Below the pieces are notes generated by a model. The model saw nothing but the letters and a program-made list of their open reading frames with translations. It made no database searches and was not told the DNA's origin. This document shows, in pieces, positions 62,985 through 64,000 of a stretch of 64,000 nucleotides of DNA. Origin of the DNA: a virus (lineage: Duplodnaviria > Heunggongvirae > Uroviricota > Caudoviricetes); IMG/VR virus record IMGVR_UViG_3300045538_000409; one strand, 5' to 3'. Both the position numbers and the translations under genes were made by a program. Within the stretch, counting starts at the first letter, position 1. Each line of letters opens with the position of its first letter.

Positions 62985-63191
62985 TTGAAAAATTATTCGC
63001 AAAACACGATTGAAAATTATGTTTGTCAAGTTAGATGTTTTTTAGAATACTTCAACAAAGTTGCTACTAAACCATCAGAAATATCTGAAAGACAGGTGAA
63101 AGAATGGATATTAAAAGTTGATTCTATTAATGGTAGGAAACACAGGATTTCAGCTATAAAATTATTAAATAAGGTTGCATTACCAATATAA
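62985..63191 (+). pseudogene. tyrosine recombinase/integrase N-terminal SAM-like (core-binding) domain only; catalytic domain absent
   Basis: KNYSQNTIENYVCQVRCFLEYF...PSEISERQVKEWILKV...NGRKHRISAIKLLNKVA matches Phage_integrase_N SAM-like domain logic (LSxnTxxaYxxdlxxFxxfl...i..wi..l...l....i...l..l..). The ORF ends after 68 aa. Confidence 0.5.
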
Positions 63192-63194
63192 AAA

Positions 63195-63205
63195 TAGTAT
63201 ATTTG
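63195..63205 (+). promoter_or_regulatory. promoter motif TAGTATATTTG
   Basis: Exact 11-mer; ATG at 63210. Confidence 0.45.
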
Positions 63206-63209
63206 TATC

Positions 63210-63560
63210 ATGAGCGTAATTAAATTTGAATTAAAAAAGGAGCATATTAAATTGCTTAAACATTTATCATGGTCAGAACTTACCAATGGTAAACAAATAA
63301 CAACTAATGGTGATAATTCTCCATTTGGCGGTATGAATCATTATGAAGACATGGGCATCATCTTATATGGACAACCAGAAGATTTTAACCCTTTTGATGG
63401 TGACCCATTCACATGGACGGATGAACAAAAAACAGAAATGGATAAACTATTAAATGAGTTACCATTAGCAATTGAAATTATCCTTTATACACAATCATTT
63501 GAAACTGGTCATTATAAAGCTAGATTTCATACTAGAGAGTGGAAAAATAAAAACAAATAA
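63210..63560 (+). CDS. hypothetical protein
   Basis: 116-aa ORF downstream of a promoter motif. Confidence 0.4.
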   Translation: MSVIKFELKKEHIKLLKHLSWSELTNGKQITTNGDNSPFGGMNHYEDMGIILYGQPEDFNPFDGDPFTWTDEQKTEMDKLLNELPLAIEIILYTQSFETGHYKARFHTREWKNKNK

Positions 63561-63563
63561 CTT

Positions 63564-63770
63564 ATGTTAGAAATTCTAGGTTATTTAGCTTCAATAGTGG
63601 TGATAATATCTATATTAATGGATAATATGATTATGTTTAGATATATAAATTCTATATCTTGTTGCATGTTTATTTGTTACGGAATGTTAAGGGATGATTT
63701 ACCGTTAATTATTTTAAACTTTGCTATAATATTAATTAACATATATCATTTAACTTTAAAAAGAAACTAA
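63564..63770 (+). CDS. small membrane protein
   Basis: 68-aa ORF with two TM helices. Confidence 0.4.
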   Translation: MLEILGYLASIVVIISILMDNMIMFRYINSISCCMFICYGMLRDDLPLIILNFAIILINIYHLTLKRN

Positions 63771-63774
63771 GCTT

Positions 63775-64000
63775 ATGATAAAAATTGGATTTATTAGTGA
63801 TACACATACCTTACATGATACTTGGTATGATAATTTAAATTATCATCAATGGGGGTGGGAAGTAGAAGATAATTGGAAAAAATTAGACTTACTTATTTTT
63901 GCTGGGGATTGTACTAGTAGAGGTAGTGAAAATGATGTTGATATGTTCATGAATTGGTTTAATATGCAACCAGCTAAAGAAAAAGTGATGATTGCTGGTA
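63775..64000 (+). CDS. calcineurin-like metallophosphoesterase, 3' end outside window
   Basis: MIKIGFISDTHTLHD (motif I DxH) ... LLIFAGDCTSRG (motif II GDxxxRG). Confidence 0.65.
   Translation, partial: MIKIGFISDTHTLHDTWYDNLNYHQWGWEVEDNWKKLDLLIFAGDCTSRGSENDVDMFMNWFNMQPAKEKVMIAG

Overview
This is an AT-rich window (about 30% GC) that looks like part of a large virulent dsDNA phage genome (jumbo or 'huge' phage type). Genes are densely packed, almost all on the + strand, and separated by clean intrinsic terminators. A repeated promoter-like motif, TAnnTATATTTG, matches the Bacteroidetes sigma-A -7 element TAnnTTTG, so the host is probably a Bacteroidetes (Flavobacteriia-like) bacterium.

What the window contains:
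(1) Translation apparatus: nine well-formed tRNAs (Cys, two type-II Leu, Pro, Gly, Thr, Gln, Lys, plus an Asp-like one inside an ncRNA), at least four aberrant tRNA-like elements, a complete tmRNA (ssrA) gene, ribosomal protein S21, a CCA-adding enzyme and a GatB/YqeY-domain protein.
(2) An RNA-repair toolkit: a T4-Pnk-like 5'-kinase fused to a 2H cyclic phosphodiesterase, an Rnl-family RNA ligase, a LigT-like 2H enzyme and a HAD phosphatase.
(3) Proteostasis genes: DnaJ, ClpP, a ClpX-like AAA+ ATPase lacking the zinc-binding domain, an FKBP PPIase and a UVR-domain protein.
(4) An NAD+ module: NAMPT (NadV) interrupted by a LAGLIDADG intein at the conserved RPD|SG site, a PRPP-synthetase-like protein, and a GNAT-PARP-like ADP-ribosyltransferase fusion.
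(5) A Ro60 (TROVE+vWA) ortholog followed by a stem-closed structured RNA. About 36 kb away is a promoter-driven cluster of three stem-closed RNAs. One contains a circularly permuted tRNA-like module (acceptor stem closed by a loop, YrlA/Y-RNA-like). It shares its 5' motif with the Ro60-adjacent RNA.
(6) A block of at least 7 enzymes (plus 2 more elsewhere) sharing an N-terminal propeptide-like motif MKxLIKKLLRE. This resembles T4 capsid-targeting sequences ending at a prohead-protease L/I-x-E site, suggesting capsid-packaged, injected enzyme cargo.
(7) A hyperplastic region of small ORFs (57.5-63 kb). The ORFs are separated by a family of inverted-repeat hairpin elements with conserved YTAACGKT ends that overlap stop codons. 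The region also holds a truncated integrase N-terminal fragment and a GIY-YIG/T5orf172 gene on the opposite strand elsewhere.

All calls are from manual reading of the sequence and the ORF track. No searches were run.
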